Source of the DNA: Eremomyces bilateralis CBS 781.70
Lineage: Eukaryota
Strand: one strand, 5' to 3'
NCBI GenBank assembly: GCA_010015585.1
Contig: ML975170.1
Length of the DNA: 64,000 bases
Shown here: positions 11,265-23,309 of the stretch, piece after piece
How positions within the stretch are numbered: the first letter of the stretch is position 1
How the letters are laid out: each line of letters opens with the position of its first letter
Notes under the pieces: model-generated
Database searches by the model: none
The model's input: only the letters and a program-made list of their open reading frames with translations
What the model was told of the DNA's origin: nothing
Made by a program: the position numbers and the translations under genes

Positions 11265-12303
11265 CTACCTCAATTTTTTAGGAGGATAACGGTTACGATG
11301 TGGCCGAGATCCGCTGTTCAAGTTCGATGGTAGAACCGGTATATTCGAGGAGCCTTCGGGGCGTGCCGTAGTAGAGGGAGAAGTAGGAGTAGATTGCGAG
11401 TCTGCGGTGCCGTCTGGGTGCGGTAGATAGAGGTCATATAGGCTCGAGTCCGACGGCGTTAGTATTTCATCGACCGGCCCCGTAAGGCGCGATCTTTTCG
11501 AAGGGGTCGATGGAGTGGGCCGGCCCTCCCAACGACCTGGTCGTTTCGACGGTGAGGGAGTGGTCGGGGTCGTCGTGAGTCCGGCGGACGCAAGTTTTGG
11601 TAAATAGGCCAGATCCAGGATTCGGAGGGCCAGAAGGTTCGTGTCAGTCGTACGACCCACCACCTTTGCGGTAAGGGCGATGAATGTTCCTACGTGAGGG
11701 ATCTTCACCTTTGCCCAACGTTTAGAATCCTCTAAGAAGCAGGCCATAGAATATGGAACCGGTGCGGCGTTAGAGGCGTTATAGACGGAAGTGTCAATCA
11801 CGAAGCGGCGAGCGTGGGCAGGGTCTAGGGAGTTGTCGTTATTACGAGACGACACGGAGCCAACGATGGTTACCATTGGACACCATTGGTCTGGCAAACG
11901 TTGGCGGTACTCGTCGAAGTTCGAAACGTCACCCGGATGTCTAGACCGGTTTAGTCGAGTCATAATACGAGAGTAGGTAGACGAGCCTCATCAGACTGAG
12001 TGCCTGGACGTTTATCTCCAAAGTATTATCTGCAGATAAGGTAGTAGAAAAGCGACCGTCTGCGTAGAAGAAAGCGTCAGGGATAAACAGTTCCCGCTGC
12101 TCTTAGGTCAGATAGGCACGAATCCGCGCCCGAATAGGCTCGACGACGATATCCGAACAGTAGAAGCCGTCTTCCTCGAAGATATTAAAGTCGGTTTAGA
12201 TCTCGACGTAGTTAGATAAGCCTTATCGGGTCGGGTCATTCGCTACGGTATTAATAAAATCACGAATATGAATAATATTCGAGAGTGAGGGCAGTCGAGA
12301 CAT
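11265..12303 (-). pseudogene. Helitron accessory gene, putative OB-fold/RPA-like ssDNA-binding protein
   Basis: ATG at 12303 (MSRLPSLSNIIHIRDFINTVANDP...) with three TAA stops at likely CAA codons, one intron, then ORF 11265-11963 (PMVTIVGSVS...GTFIALTAKVVG...ILDLAYL) and an S/T/P tail. The OB-fold call is inferred from the beta-strand pattern only. Confidence 0.6.
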
Positions 12304-13023
12304 ATTGGGTAAATACAGTTAGGGGAGGGAGATCAGGGGAGATCCAGCTATCGTAATATCGAGGTAAGAGTTGATTAATATGGCGGTCGAGAGGAGCATA
12401 AGGTAGGGATAGAATTCCCACTTTATCTAATGTTATGAGCGAAATAAAAGGCGAAGAGGGGTCGGCTGATCAATTAATAAAGAGGGAAGAGTAGGAAAGA
12501 GGGGAAAGGACGGGAGAAAGAATAAAAAGTTGACGTAATATTGGAATAGATTCTATAAGACAGGTTACACAATAGAGCGCGGAGCGCGGGTTGGTGATAT
12601 GTCATGCACGTTGCCGTGTCACGGGGAGCGGATTTCGCGAAAGATAAGTCGTAGAAGATAGATAAGCATACGAGTCCGGGCTGGTATGATGGGGGAAAGT
12701 TGGAAGTCGTAGATTGATAGGCTGGTTGACCAAGTTTCGTTGCATTCAAGGTGAGGGGATCGTGTCTGCCGTTGAACGGTAGTAGAGTGGAAGAGGGATT
12801 GTCATCGTAAGTAGTCTGCAGAGCTAGGACGGGATACTAGATACTGTTCGGTCGACTGATTAGTTCGAGTTTTAAGAGGATAGCCTGTATATCGCGACAG
12901 GAGTTGCGAATCCAGATAAGCCGGTACTTCAATTGATTCGAATCCGTTATAGAGGGCCACGGTCAAGGCGAGGAGAGTCCATCCGACCGGTTCCGTCGTT
13001 GGAGCGCATTATATCGAGAGCGC

Positions 13024-16000
13024 ATGGCGCAGGCGGGTATAGAGTTGCGGACACCTGCTAGTATCTTTAACACGATAGAGCAGGAGTTCGAACACGGTGG
13101 TCGACCAGGTCGAAATCCGAATCGGGATGGATCAGTGCTCGCAGGCCTAGGCCTTCGGACATCGACGGACATTGCTGAAGAATTCGAGAGAGAAGAGGAG
13201 CAGGCCAGAATAGAGGGGAGTTCCCGCGGTCAGCGGACTCAGACGCCGAGTGCGATGCCGGGGGCGATGCCGAGGGCGACGTCGTCCAGCGAAGTAACTG
13301 ATAGTACTGAGCACGGTCCGAGCGAGACCAGTCCTTCTGTCGTGGCGAACCGATCCTATTTAGGACAGAGGAGGTCCGGGCCGGCCATTTCTCGTAAGAC
13401 GCCCTCTAAACGCGTCCGAAGAGCGGACCGTTTAGACTGGAATAAAGAGGAGCAAAGGCGAGAGCTCGACGGTATTATGCGTGGATTAGATGACGAATTC
13501 GTCGAGAAAGAGCGGCTCTCTTATGACCAGGCGTGGTGTGCGCCGATCCTAACCAGGACTAAGGTTAATACCGTCTAGGAGTTCTATAAAGCGTTCCATG
13601 ATGTGAACACGTTACCGATACTCACTTGCATGTTTTGTTATGGCAAGTACGGCCGGATCGAGCTGCAGGAAGTGGCATAGGAACAGTGGACGGCCAGTCC
13701 TATTAAGAAGCGTCAAGATTCGCCTTTCTAATACGTTAAGTGTTTCCCTATCGGGAAGAGTATTTACGGGTGTAAATCCTGTGTGCTACAGCTAGGGAAA
13801 AATAGTCTATCTCTAGGCGCCCAGTTACACGACCGACTCGGATACGAGCATATGTTCCCCGATGAATTAAAGGATCTAACGCCGATTAAGGAGAAGCGTA
13901 TCGCACTGAATTCGTGCTACGGCTTCATCGCCCAGTATAGTATCCCTAATAGTCCGAGGCAAGGTGTGAGGTATAGGAGGCACATCAAGGGGCACATCAC
14001 CGTCTTCCCCAACAACGTGCAGGAGCTGGTGGCCAACGTCCTCCCGCATCCGCTCCTGAAGGTGATGGACGAGATTCATATGTCCTGGCAGGGGAAAGAG
14101 AAGCCCGTACCAAGCGATTTGTCAGTCCTTCTATCGGTTCGGCGTCGGGTAGTAGAGAAGGCACTGGTATGGCTGAAGCGGCATAATCCGCTGTATGGTC
14201 ATATTAAGATCGATGTAGCCGAATTGGAGAGCTGGGATACGCCCTCGCACGGGGTACTATCTCGAGTATATGAGCGGTTAAGACGGGATGAGCCATCGGC
14301 GCAGGAGAAGGCACGAACTGGGCAGTTAGTTCCACCCACAGAGCGCGGCCTAGATGAAGGAGAGGCGATAGATATTCGAGAAGTCCTGGCCACGTTAGGT
14401 GAGGGGTACGATATCGAGCCCGACCAGGACGTAACAGGAGAACCCGAACAGGGCGATACTGCCGATAGGGATAGGGACAGGGTCTCTAACGGCGCTGCAG
14501 TTCCCGTTTATGAAACCAGTTCATCGGGCATGTTCGCACTAGATAGGGGGCCGGATATCGCGAACGGGGAGAAACTATAGTACGTTCGTGATACGCTAGG
14601 CCAACAGGATCCGCGCAATAAACGGCGGGGTAGGACGGCAGAGGTTCGGCGTGGGAATGGTGCCGAGCCGTATATCGTGGTGAATCGGGGCGAGGACTTT
14701 GCCGATCCGTTCGATGTACGGTTCTTCGCAAAGACGTTCCCAGCGCTATTCCCCCTCGGTCGTGGAGGCCCACTTCAGGCGGATGAGAGCATACAGGACG
14801 CCGCCGGGGAGAGAGACGTGGGCATTGAGGCGGGCCGGGCACGAGACCTCATTTCGTCGCGGAACATGGGACTGGTGACGTGGGCCAAACTGGTCCTCCA
14901 GCGTCACGGCGGTCGATTCGCGTCACACCCTATCTTTGCCTTTCTCGTTTTTAATGTGGGTATCCGGTCAAGGAACCGCCGCGTTAGTATGGCGAGTGTG
15001 AAGAGGAAGGAATTCCCCGAAGTTGAGCGTCTTATACGTTTGCTAAGCGTGGAACGGCTAGAGCGTGCTAAGGTCGAACTAGAGGTTTCACGGACGACGA
15101 GCGACGAGGGCGTGAATCAGTTATTAAGGAGCCTGTCGCTGTATGGATATCGCCAGCCGATGTCGAGGGAGAGTCGTTTAAACATGCGGCGTAAGATCCA
15201 GTCCCTTATCATTCGGGATGGCATCCCGGCCATCTGGTTCACGCTGAATCCGAACGACATTACTAATCCGATCAAGCTCCGGCTTGCCGCGTATCGGACC
15301 CGAGATCCGGAGGAGGCTGAAGCGTTCTTAACTAGCCTAGATCTAGCGTATAAGCGAGCACGGCTGGCGATCTCGGACCCGCTCAGTTCGGCCCTTTTCT
15401 TCCATAGGGAGATTTCCCTATTTTTCAAGCACTATGTAAAGACAGGGGAGGACTCGGTGTTTGGGCGGATCAATCGGTATTTCGGAGCCGTAGAGACCAA
15501 CGAGCGCGGGTCTCTCTATGTCCACGGGCTTCTCTGGCTCCAGGGAAATATGCAGCTGAGTTCTATTCTACAGGACAATAATGAAGAGGATCGGGAGGCA
15601 TATCGGGAGCGGGTTACTCGATATGTAGATAGCGTGTTTACCGAGGTATGTTCGCCGTATTATGGCCATATAGAGGAAAGATTGTCAAATGTAACCAACT
15701 AAGCTAAATCCCCAAAAAGGGACGCCCCTACTAGGAGGCTAGTAGAAGGGCAGATATAGCTAAGGTAATTTTCCTGTGACAAAGATAGCCGAGTATAAGG
15801 CTGAACGGTATAGGATCTCGATTACGAGGCGTTCTCCGCCGTTCGGGCGGAACGGTCCGTAATGTCGGACATATCGGCGCTACTAGCGAACCGCGAGCAA
15901 TTCGCCGCCGCGTTCGAGGAGGAGGCCAACTTCTGCGCCGGTGCTACCCAGATCCACACCCATAGCCCGACGTGTGTGAAATACTCCATCAAGGGGCAGA

Positions 16001-18330
16001 CACGGAAGAATCAGGACCCGTGCCGGTTCAAGGCCCCGTAGAAATTGGTAGAGAGGACGGCGTTTACCGAGGGAGGAGTGTTACAGATTCGGCGGACGCA
16101 TAGTATGGTGAATCGATGGAACGAGGCGATCGCGGTAGGGCTGCGTCATAACTATGACATTTCGTTCATCGCAACGCAGTGTAAGACTATGGCCCTCGTG
16201 TTTTACCTAACGAACTATGCAACGAAAGTCGAGGACCCGGTGTAGAAGCGGGTGGCCGCAGCGGCAGAGCTAATCCCGGCTCATAACGATGCGATGGCGG
16301 AGCGGCAGGAAGACGCAACGGATGGCCCGACAACGGACAACGGTACCGAGAACCGGACACGGCAGTTTTTAATGAGAATCGCGAACCGGATCTTCACGGA
16401 GCGGCCGTTATCACTCGTAGAAGTCGTCTCTAATCTGCTAGGTTACCCCAGGGAATTTACCAGTAATAACGCCTGGTCGTTCGTTAACGTCAGTGCCCTA
16501 TACTGGCATATTTTCCGCCGGTAGCCGCATCTGCAACGCGAGAGTGGTATAGACTCTAGAGACGAGGCAGTTGAGGAGACGGTGTTCGTACAGGAAGCGG
16601 GAGTAAGAATTTCTCTTATTCAAGCATATCCGCACCGTGGCCGACTCTTACAAGCGCTGTCCCTCTATGATTATATGTCGGTAGTCAAGTTGAAGCGAAA
16701 GGGGAAGGACATTGGTAAGTAGGGTGAGATAGAATTAGACCATGCTTAGTCTCCGTCGCGGTCGTGGGTACAGGTACTACGAAAGTCCAGCGAGTATACG
16801 ATAGTCTGCTTCGACGGCTACCTAAGTAGAGACCTGAGTGAGGAAAGTGAGGTCTACTATAAAAGGTATGTGTAGCGCCTCTCTTTACACGATCGAACTT
16901 ATTACTATATTCTGGCGAGAGCGAGAATGATACTCGGGAGGGTTAACGATCTGGCATACGCAGGGCTGCTATTCAGCATCTTGCCATCTTTGTGCCGTGG
17001 GAGTCCTTTTTGGCCGAGACGACGGGCGATATTAATACGATCTGGGAGAGTCGAAAGCCGGGTCTGCCTCGGCGGATGGCATCTATCGCCGAGAATATCT
17101 AACTGCTGCACCGATCGGCCGAAGACGCAAAGCGCGATACGAAGTAGTAGGCCGCGATGTCCGGAGAGACGGATCCGTTCGCCGATGCGGCCGATCTAGA
17201 AGATAGGGGCGATGATAGGAGTGAAGGGCCGAGGACAACGTACCGGTCAGACCGCCTCGGCAATGCCACACGACTCATTGACGTCCTAAGGAACGCAATA
17301 GAGGCCTATCAGGTCACAGCCGGCTCGACAGAGATATCGAGGATGGTAGATCAAATGAGCCGATTTCAGCAAACCGCCCTAGATTCTATAGACGAACTAG
17401 GAGCTACGACCACCCTCGATCAAGGACCAGGAACTCTTAGCGGCCAAGGAGACGGGTTTCCCGGGCCAGCGGCGTCGGTCGTGCCGGCACAGGGGTTGCT
17501 TAAGTCGATCAAGGCGCAGCAAAAAAGCGTCTCTCGCGAGAGAGAGAGGATAATCCAAGGGATCCAGGGGTCGGTCGGGGAGAGTAATGCCGAGTTCAGG
17601 GCGCCCAACGGTTTCGGGGAGCAGGACGTCCATTTCACCGCTGCCGATGAGGAAGGCCGGGGCGGGGACCCCGGACCATCTATGAATATCCAGCTCGGTC
17701 CCTCCACGTCGTTTTCTGCGGCAGGGAAGCAGTTAGCAGAGGAGTCGTTTACCTTAAACCGAAAACAGAGCATCGCACTTCGACTCATCTGTCGCCAGCT
17801 AGACCGGATCCGCCGCGACGAGTCCGGAGTTCCCCAGCTCTGCCAATTTATCGGAGGCGAGGGCGGGACGGGAAAGTCACGGATCATCGGAGCGGTCGCG
17901 GCGCTGTTCGCGAGGAAGGGGATCCCGCAACGCCTGCTAATCACAGCGACCTCGGGAACAGCGGCTGCTAATATTAATGGGGTTACCATCCATTCCGCGT
18001 GCGGGTTCTGGAAAGATACAGCTCGGTCGGCGGGTCGGAGTGCGGATTTAGAGAGATTCGCGCCGAGGAGTTCAACCAATCTCCGCATCGATGGACGAAG
18101 CCGGACCGAGTGGCAGGAAAAACTCCTGCTTATTATCGACGAGGTTAGCATGCTGGGTGCACGGACGCTGTATATAGTGAACGAACAGCTATACCGACTT
18201 CGAGGGTGTGTAGACGACTTTGGCGGCATCCCGATTATTGTCTTCTGCGGGGATTTCCGTCAGTTCCGTCCGGTCCAAGAGCGGTCGATCCTTCTCCCTA
18301 GCCACGCTATTACGTGGACCGACGATAGTA
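13024..18330 (+). pseudogene. Helitron RepHel (HUH Rep + Pif1 helicase), many stops, helicase truncated
   Basis: GHITVFPN domain; Rep motifs IWFTLNP, VETNERGSLYVHGLLW (HUH with H>Y) and FYLTNYATK; Pif1 motifs GEGGTGKS, LIIDEVSM and GDFRQFRPV. Later helicase motifs are missing. Confidence 0.93.
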
Positions 18331-18633
18331 CGTTAAATTGATTCTTATTATTATTACATAAATTTGGGGGTTTCTTCGCAACAAATGTTTATTGCATGAA
18401 ATTTACCCACCCTAGTGGCAATGCATTGTCGGGGGGCAAATCCCTGCAAAATCTGTTGATATCCCTGTCAGACCTTTGATTTACCGATGTCGAAATTAGC
18501 ACTGTGACGGCGAAGGGGATAGCTTACCAAACAAAAAATGGAATGTGCTGCGAATTCTTTATAGATTTCTTGACAGGATTGTGACTTCGTTACACCACCG
18601 TCCTAACCCTGGCCATAGAATGCAAAAAGACAT

Positions 18634-19932
18634 CTACAAATGCCGGTATGTTCGAGTGAGCATAAGGCCGCCGACAACCATGAGCAGGCCCGAGAACAAG
18701 ACCGCCATGCTAAAGTCCCGGCCATCAGATACAATCGCATACACAGCGCTTGGTCCCGCAAAGACGCCTAACCCCATGATACTATTCAGTAGGCCAACCT
18801 TGGAGGCAAGGTCCTCAAAGCCAAACATGTCCGACATAACAACTGGAATCAGGCTCACGAATCCAGAGCCCAGGAAGCCGACAAAAATTACGAAGACTGT
18901 CATCAACGCGACGGGCTTCTCATCTTCAGCCTCGACCATAACAGCTGGAAGCCAGAAGACCAGGTGTCCAACGCCGCAGAGAACGAAGCTGGCGATCAGC
19001 GCCGTCAGCTTGCCGTAACGATCAGCAAAGCTGCCCACACCCAAACGACCAATGATCGAGAGGCCGTTCATGAGGCCGAGCAGCCAGGCAGCGTACTCTG
19101 TGTTGATACCCTGCGACACGGCGGAGGCTGGAACAAGGAAGTAACGCGGCAAAAAGCCTGTCATGGCCACAGTACCTGATACAAGGATGACCAGGAAACG
19201 GGGGTCTTTCAGCAGCCGAAGGTCCATAATCTTCTGAAACCGAGGGCCGGGCTGCCTTCCGGCTCGCATGAAGGAGACACAGGAGAAAGTAAGGACTCCG
19301 GCCGATATGTATGCCAGCATGCGAAAGGTGCCGGGAAGCCCAAGTCTTTGGATCATGATGCGAACCGAATATGGCCCGATACAGCCCCCTAGAGCCCCTC
19401 CCGAGACCACGAAGCCGTTGGCGAGACCATGACGCCGGAAGTATTGACCGGAGACACTGATAGCAGGGTAGTATACGAGAGCCGTGCCAAGACCGAAAGC
19501 AAGACCCTGGGAGAGCACGAGTTGGTAGAATTGGGTCGAGAATGATGCTGCAACTAGGCCGCCGACGATGAGTATGGAGCCAGATATAAGGGCGGCCTGG
19601 TATCCCAATATGTCGGCAAATCGTCCGGTAAACACACCAAGAACCATGTAAAGGCTGGACGAGAGTGAGCCAATGATGATTATCTCAGGCGACGGCATGT
19701 CGGGGAATAGTGTCGACTTATAATATTCCTGGAAGACGCCGAAGGAGTTGGGCACGCCGACAGCGATGAAGGTGATCCCAAAGGCAGCAAGGAGAATCGC
19801 CCAGCGCGAAGCCCTATAATGCGAGACGGACTGTCGGGTGCCGTGGGCAATGCTTTGCGCCTCGTCGCTATGCCGCGACCCATCGCGAGGGCTGTCGACG
19901 GCTGTAAGACTTTGCAATTGAGTTGACGACAT
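18634..19932 (-). CDS. MFS transporter, monocarboxylate porter (Mch-like) family, intronless
   Basis: About 12 hydrophobic segments; NSFGVFQEYY, GRFADILG and GSFADRYG motifs. First ATG at 19932 gives 432 aa. Confidence 0.92.
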   Translation of the reverse strand: MSSTQLQSLTAVDSPRDGSRHSDEAQSIAHGTRQSVSHYRASRWAILLAAFGITFIAVGVPNSFGVFQEYYKSTLFPDMPSPEIIIIGSLSSSLYMVLGVFTGRFADILGYQAALISGSILIVGGLVAASFSTQFYQLVLSQGLAFGLGTALVYYPAISVSGQYFRRHGLANGFVVSGGALGGCIGPYSVRIMIQRLGLPGTFRMLAYISAGVLTFSCVSFMRAGRQPGPRFQKIMDLRLLKDPRFLVILVSGTVAMTGFLPRYFLVPASAVSQGINTEYAAWLLGLMNGLSIIGRLGVGSFADRYGKLTALIASFVLCGVGHLVFWLPAVMVEAEDEKPVALMTVFVIFVGFLGSGFVSLIPVVMSDMFGFEDLASKVGLLNSIMGLGVFAGPSAVYAIVSDGRDFSMAVLFSGLLMVVGGLMLTRTYRHL

Positions 19933-20470
19933 CTTGCTTGATTGGAGTAGATGCACGGAGATCAGTGAATTTGTTGGTACGTAGTGTGACGATTCGTCTA
20001 TATCCCCTTCGCTGTCGTCGCTGAAGTGCACAACCTAAACTCCGTTTGGTTAGAGTAGCGGAATTGTCGCATTACGCGGGGGTGATGATTAAGCAAGTTC
20101 GCTGCTTAAGCTCAGTTACTGTATAGACACAACGCATGTTGATATTGACGATTCCTATTGTTCTCGAAGAGAGTGTTCTAGCTAGCCAAAACGTTGAAGA
20201 TAGGCAAATACATAGGAGAAAAGTGAGCAGTCCTAAATAGGCTTAGCCTAGGGGTAATGGGCCAGAGATGGACAAGCCCTATACAATCATTTGAGACGGA
20301 GAATAGGATAGGAAGAGCGCGAGGGGGAAAGACTCCTGTGGCTGAGGCGGGAAGTTCAGCCACGTCGAAAAGGGTAAGCCTTCCTTTTTAGGAGGGTATT
20401 TGTCAGCGGCCAAACTATATACCTTTGACGATCTGATCGTTCGAACATCCTCATCCCATCAAAATCTATT

Positions 20471-21571
20471 ATGTCTCTGCGTCGTAAATCGTGCGATGCC
20501 TGCTTCAAAGGTAGACGGAAATGCGACCGCGGCCACCCGGTGTGCAAAAGATGCCACAAGAACCAGAGAGCATGTCATTACGGACCTCTTCCTACGGACA
20601 CCTCTAGAGTGACCGCCAGCACTGGTGAATGGTCTCCGGGTACAACACAAGCCTTGGTTCAGATGACCCAATTCTCTGAATTATTGGACAACCACGACCA
20701 TGACGGCCACTTGAATTCCGCGCTCGATTTCGATATACAGCAAAGCTACCTCATCGATACCTTCAGTTTAAGCATACCAAACTTTCTTGGGAACTTGGGA
20801 GAGATACAACCTGTGTCAGGCAACACCAAAAGCTGGCAGTGGGTCATTGACCAGCTCAAAAGCTATCCGCAAACGTTTGCTCAGAACGCGGAAACGCCTT
20901 TCATACACAAAGAATTATACCTCAATCAATCTCCAGCACCAATACGAGCAGCATTCGGTATTTGCGCTGCCCATATCTTCGTGAATGATGGCAACAAGTC
21001 GATGCTGAATCGAACTCTCAACGCAGAGGTAACTGAATTGCTGAGGCCTGCTCTGGACGAGACTATTCTACAGGCACTGGCTAGAATGCAGGCACTGGTG
21101 TTGTACCAGATTATCAGGATGTTATATGGCGACCTCGAACAACGCATCTCAGCTGAACAGCAAGAAAACTCAATAGCAGCTTCCGGATTGCAGCTTCTCC
21201 GCCGTGCAGACTGGGAGCTTCAGGGCGAGCAACCAACGTGGAAGAATTGGATCCTAGCAGAGAGCATCCGTCGTACCGTTATGGTAGCGTTCATGTCGTA
21301 CGCGGTATATTCGCTTTTCAAACATGGCATATGTCCCGAATTCCCAACGTTATCTATGTTGCCCGTTTCCACGAAAGCAAATTTGTGGGGCTCGCCTGGA
21401 GTTGGCGTACAGCATCACATTCTGGATAAAACTATGAAGTATCACGAATATACCGACAATTGGTGTGCCTTTCCCCAACTGGATCCGGCCCCTTTCGAGA
21501 AGATGCTACTCGTAGCCTGCAAGGGCTTAGATCAAATCGAAGCACTTACATTCGCCGGGACCATTGGTTGA
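20471..21571 (+). CDS. Zn(II)2Cys6 transcription factor, intronless
   Basis: CDACFKGRRKCDRGHPVCKRCHKNQRACHY; C-terminal WKNWILAESIRRT motif. Confidence 0.95.
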   Translation: MSLRRKSCDACFKGRRKCDRGHPVCKRCHKNQRACHYGPLPTDTSRVTASTGEWSPGTTQALVQMTQFSELLDNHDHDGHLNSALDFDIQQSYLIDTFSLSIPNFLGNLGEIQPVSGNTKSWQWVIDQLKSYPQTFAQNAETPFIHKELYLNQSPAPIRAAFGICAAHIFVNDGNKSMLNRTLNAEVTELLRPALDETILQALARMQALVLYQIIRMLYGDLEQRISAEQQENSIAASGLQLLRRADWELQGEQPTWKNWILAESIRRTVMVAFMSYAVYSLFKHGICPEFPTLSMLPVSTKANLWGSPGVGVQHHILDKTMKYHEYTDNWCAFPQLDPAPFEKMLLVACKGLDQIEALTFAGTIG

Positions 21572-21722
21572 AGACCGTCCTGCCTGAGATTCAGATCTTG
21601 ATTGATATAATCACTATTCAGGGTCATTGGCATTATTAGTACAAGTCCTTTCAAAAGAGTAGAGCGGTTATATATTTCCAGTGTACACACAGCATTGCCG
21701 AGCACCAACCTAGAGCGCGAGA

Positions 21723-22778
21723 CTACAAAAGTTGAGTGAGCAATTTGCCACTATTTCGGCCATCGAAAAGTCCCATCCAAGTTTTCGGAACATCCTCGAA
21801 CGAACTTTGCCGAATCGTCAACCCTTCATCAGTGGCCTTGATCTTTCTATCCTGGAACCCCTGAACCAGTGCCTCCACAATCGCAGTCCACCTCCCCGTC
21901 GGAATTGCATCAAGAACCACAAATCCCCGAATCTGGAGCCTCATCGCAATGACGTGGTACCATTTCTTGATCCCACTTCGCTCTCCTCCATTATATTCAG
22001 CAATGGCCCCGCAAGCCGCAATCCTCCCGTCCTTCTTTACCCTTGTGAGCATCAGGTCCAGAATCTCACCTCCCACGTTATCGAAGAAGACCTCGACAAA
22101 CCCGTCTGTAGCCTCCTTCAATGCCACCTCGAAATCCTTGCTCGTATAGTTCAGACAAATGTCCGCTCCCAAACTTTCAACCCATCGACATTTCGCATCA
22201 GTCCCAGCAATTCCGATCACCCTTTTACAACCCAACACATTCTTCGCAATCTGCACAGCGATAGAACCAACAGCACCTGCAGCACCACTAATCACCACCG
22301 CATCATTTGCAGTGGTCCTCGCAATGTCGACAAGCCCGTAGTAGGCCGTCACACCCGCTACACCAAAAAGACTGACATAATGCACAGGTTTCAAACCCTT
22401 GATCGGGTTGATGGGTATGCAATTCTCCGCCGGCAAGACAGCGTACTCGCTCCACCCAACATCAGCAAGGATCAACGCTCCGATTGTCAGATCCGTAGCT
22501 TTAGACTCGATGATCTCGCAGATACACGTGTAGGAGGCCATGGTATCGCCTACTTCGACGGGTTCAATATAGAGGCGGTCGGGGGCGATGCTTGGGTCGA
22601 TCCAGAGGCGTTGGGCTGGGTCGTTGGAGAGGTAGAGGACTTTGATCATGACTTGACCATCCTCTACTGGTGGGAGTGGTTTGGTGGCGAGGCTGAAGGT
22701 TGAATCTGGTCCGGAGAGGATTGGAAGGTCGGTGGGCTTCTTGGAAAGGATCCAGTGGCGTGTTATTGACGGTGTCAT
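21723..22778 (-). CDS. NADP-dependent MDR oxidoreductase (prostaglandin/alkenal ene-reductase-like), intronless
   Basis: YLSNDPAQR, TAYYGL, ISGAAGAVGS, FFDNVGG, CGAIAEY and GKLL motifs. Confidence 0.93.
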   Translation of the reverse strand: MTPSITRHWILSKKPTDLPILSGPDSTFSLATKPLPPVEDGQVMIKVLYLSNDPAQRLWIDPSIAPDRLYIEPVEVGDTMASYTCICEIIESKATDLTIGALILADVGWSEYAVLPAENCIPINPIKGLKPVHYVSLFGVAGVTAYYGLVDIARTTANDAVVISGAAGAVGSIAVQIAKNVLGCKRVIGIAGTDAKCRWVESLGADICLNYTSKDFEVALKEATDGFVEVFFDNVGGEILDLMLTRVKKDGRIAACGAIAEYNGGERSGIKKWYHVIAMRLQIRGFVVLDAIPTGRWTAIVEALVQGFQDRKIKATDEGLTIRQSSFEDVPKTWMGLFDGRNSGKLLTQLL

Positions 22779-23309
22779 TGTGAAGAATGAGCAATTTTGC
22801 TATATGGCAGATTTGGCGAGCTAAATTAAGTTCTGAGTAGGCTGTTACCTAAAGTCGATAAGAGTACGCTGTTGAATGATGAGAATCGGAGAACTATATG
22901 TACTCTTTTCTAAACCCCGGACTTCCTTCAAAATCCTCTCGAAGGAATGAAGACCATCACGCGCTCAAGCGGTCTCCGGCCCAGTCCCACATGTCACGGC
23001 TGTCACATACTACAATGCTGATGAGAAACCGCCTTCCCCCAAGCCTGCTCATTACAAACACCGCACAGTACGCTTGTAGAAAACCTATTAGCTGCTCAAA
23101 ATAACTCCATGAGCGCAGTTCGGCCACACTGGTTCAATCTGTTTATCTCTGTACAAAGCTAGTTTATTCCAGATTCCCAATTTAATCGTATTACGCAGAC
23201 GTGCGGTCTTGCGGTCTTGACGAGATAGAGCACCAGGCTGCAGATCAGTATGACCAATCCCGCTGGGCTGTGTGCGGGGCTCCACAATTGACCGCACGAT
23301 CCACGATAT

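Larger units (their letters stand above)
10921..18330. mobile_element. Helitron (Helitron2/Helentron-like), RIP-degraded and truncated at the right
   Basis: Terminal hairpin at 10930-10951 plus CTCCTGT (minus strand) at the LTR break point. RepHel on +, accessory ORF on -. Confidence 0.85.

Noticed and set aside
21732..22703. 323-aa + strand ORF (also 17420-18229 and other long antisense ORFs)
   Set aside because: Antisense shadows of real genes with no motifs of their own.
18331..22778. Helitron capture of the MFS/TF/reductase trio
   Set aside because: No second Helitron terminus or resumed LTR sequence was found to the right, and the genes lack the RIP damage of the Helitron. Not supported, though not excluded.
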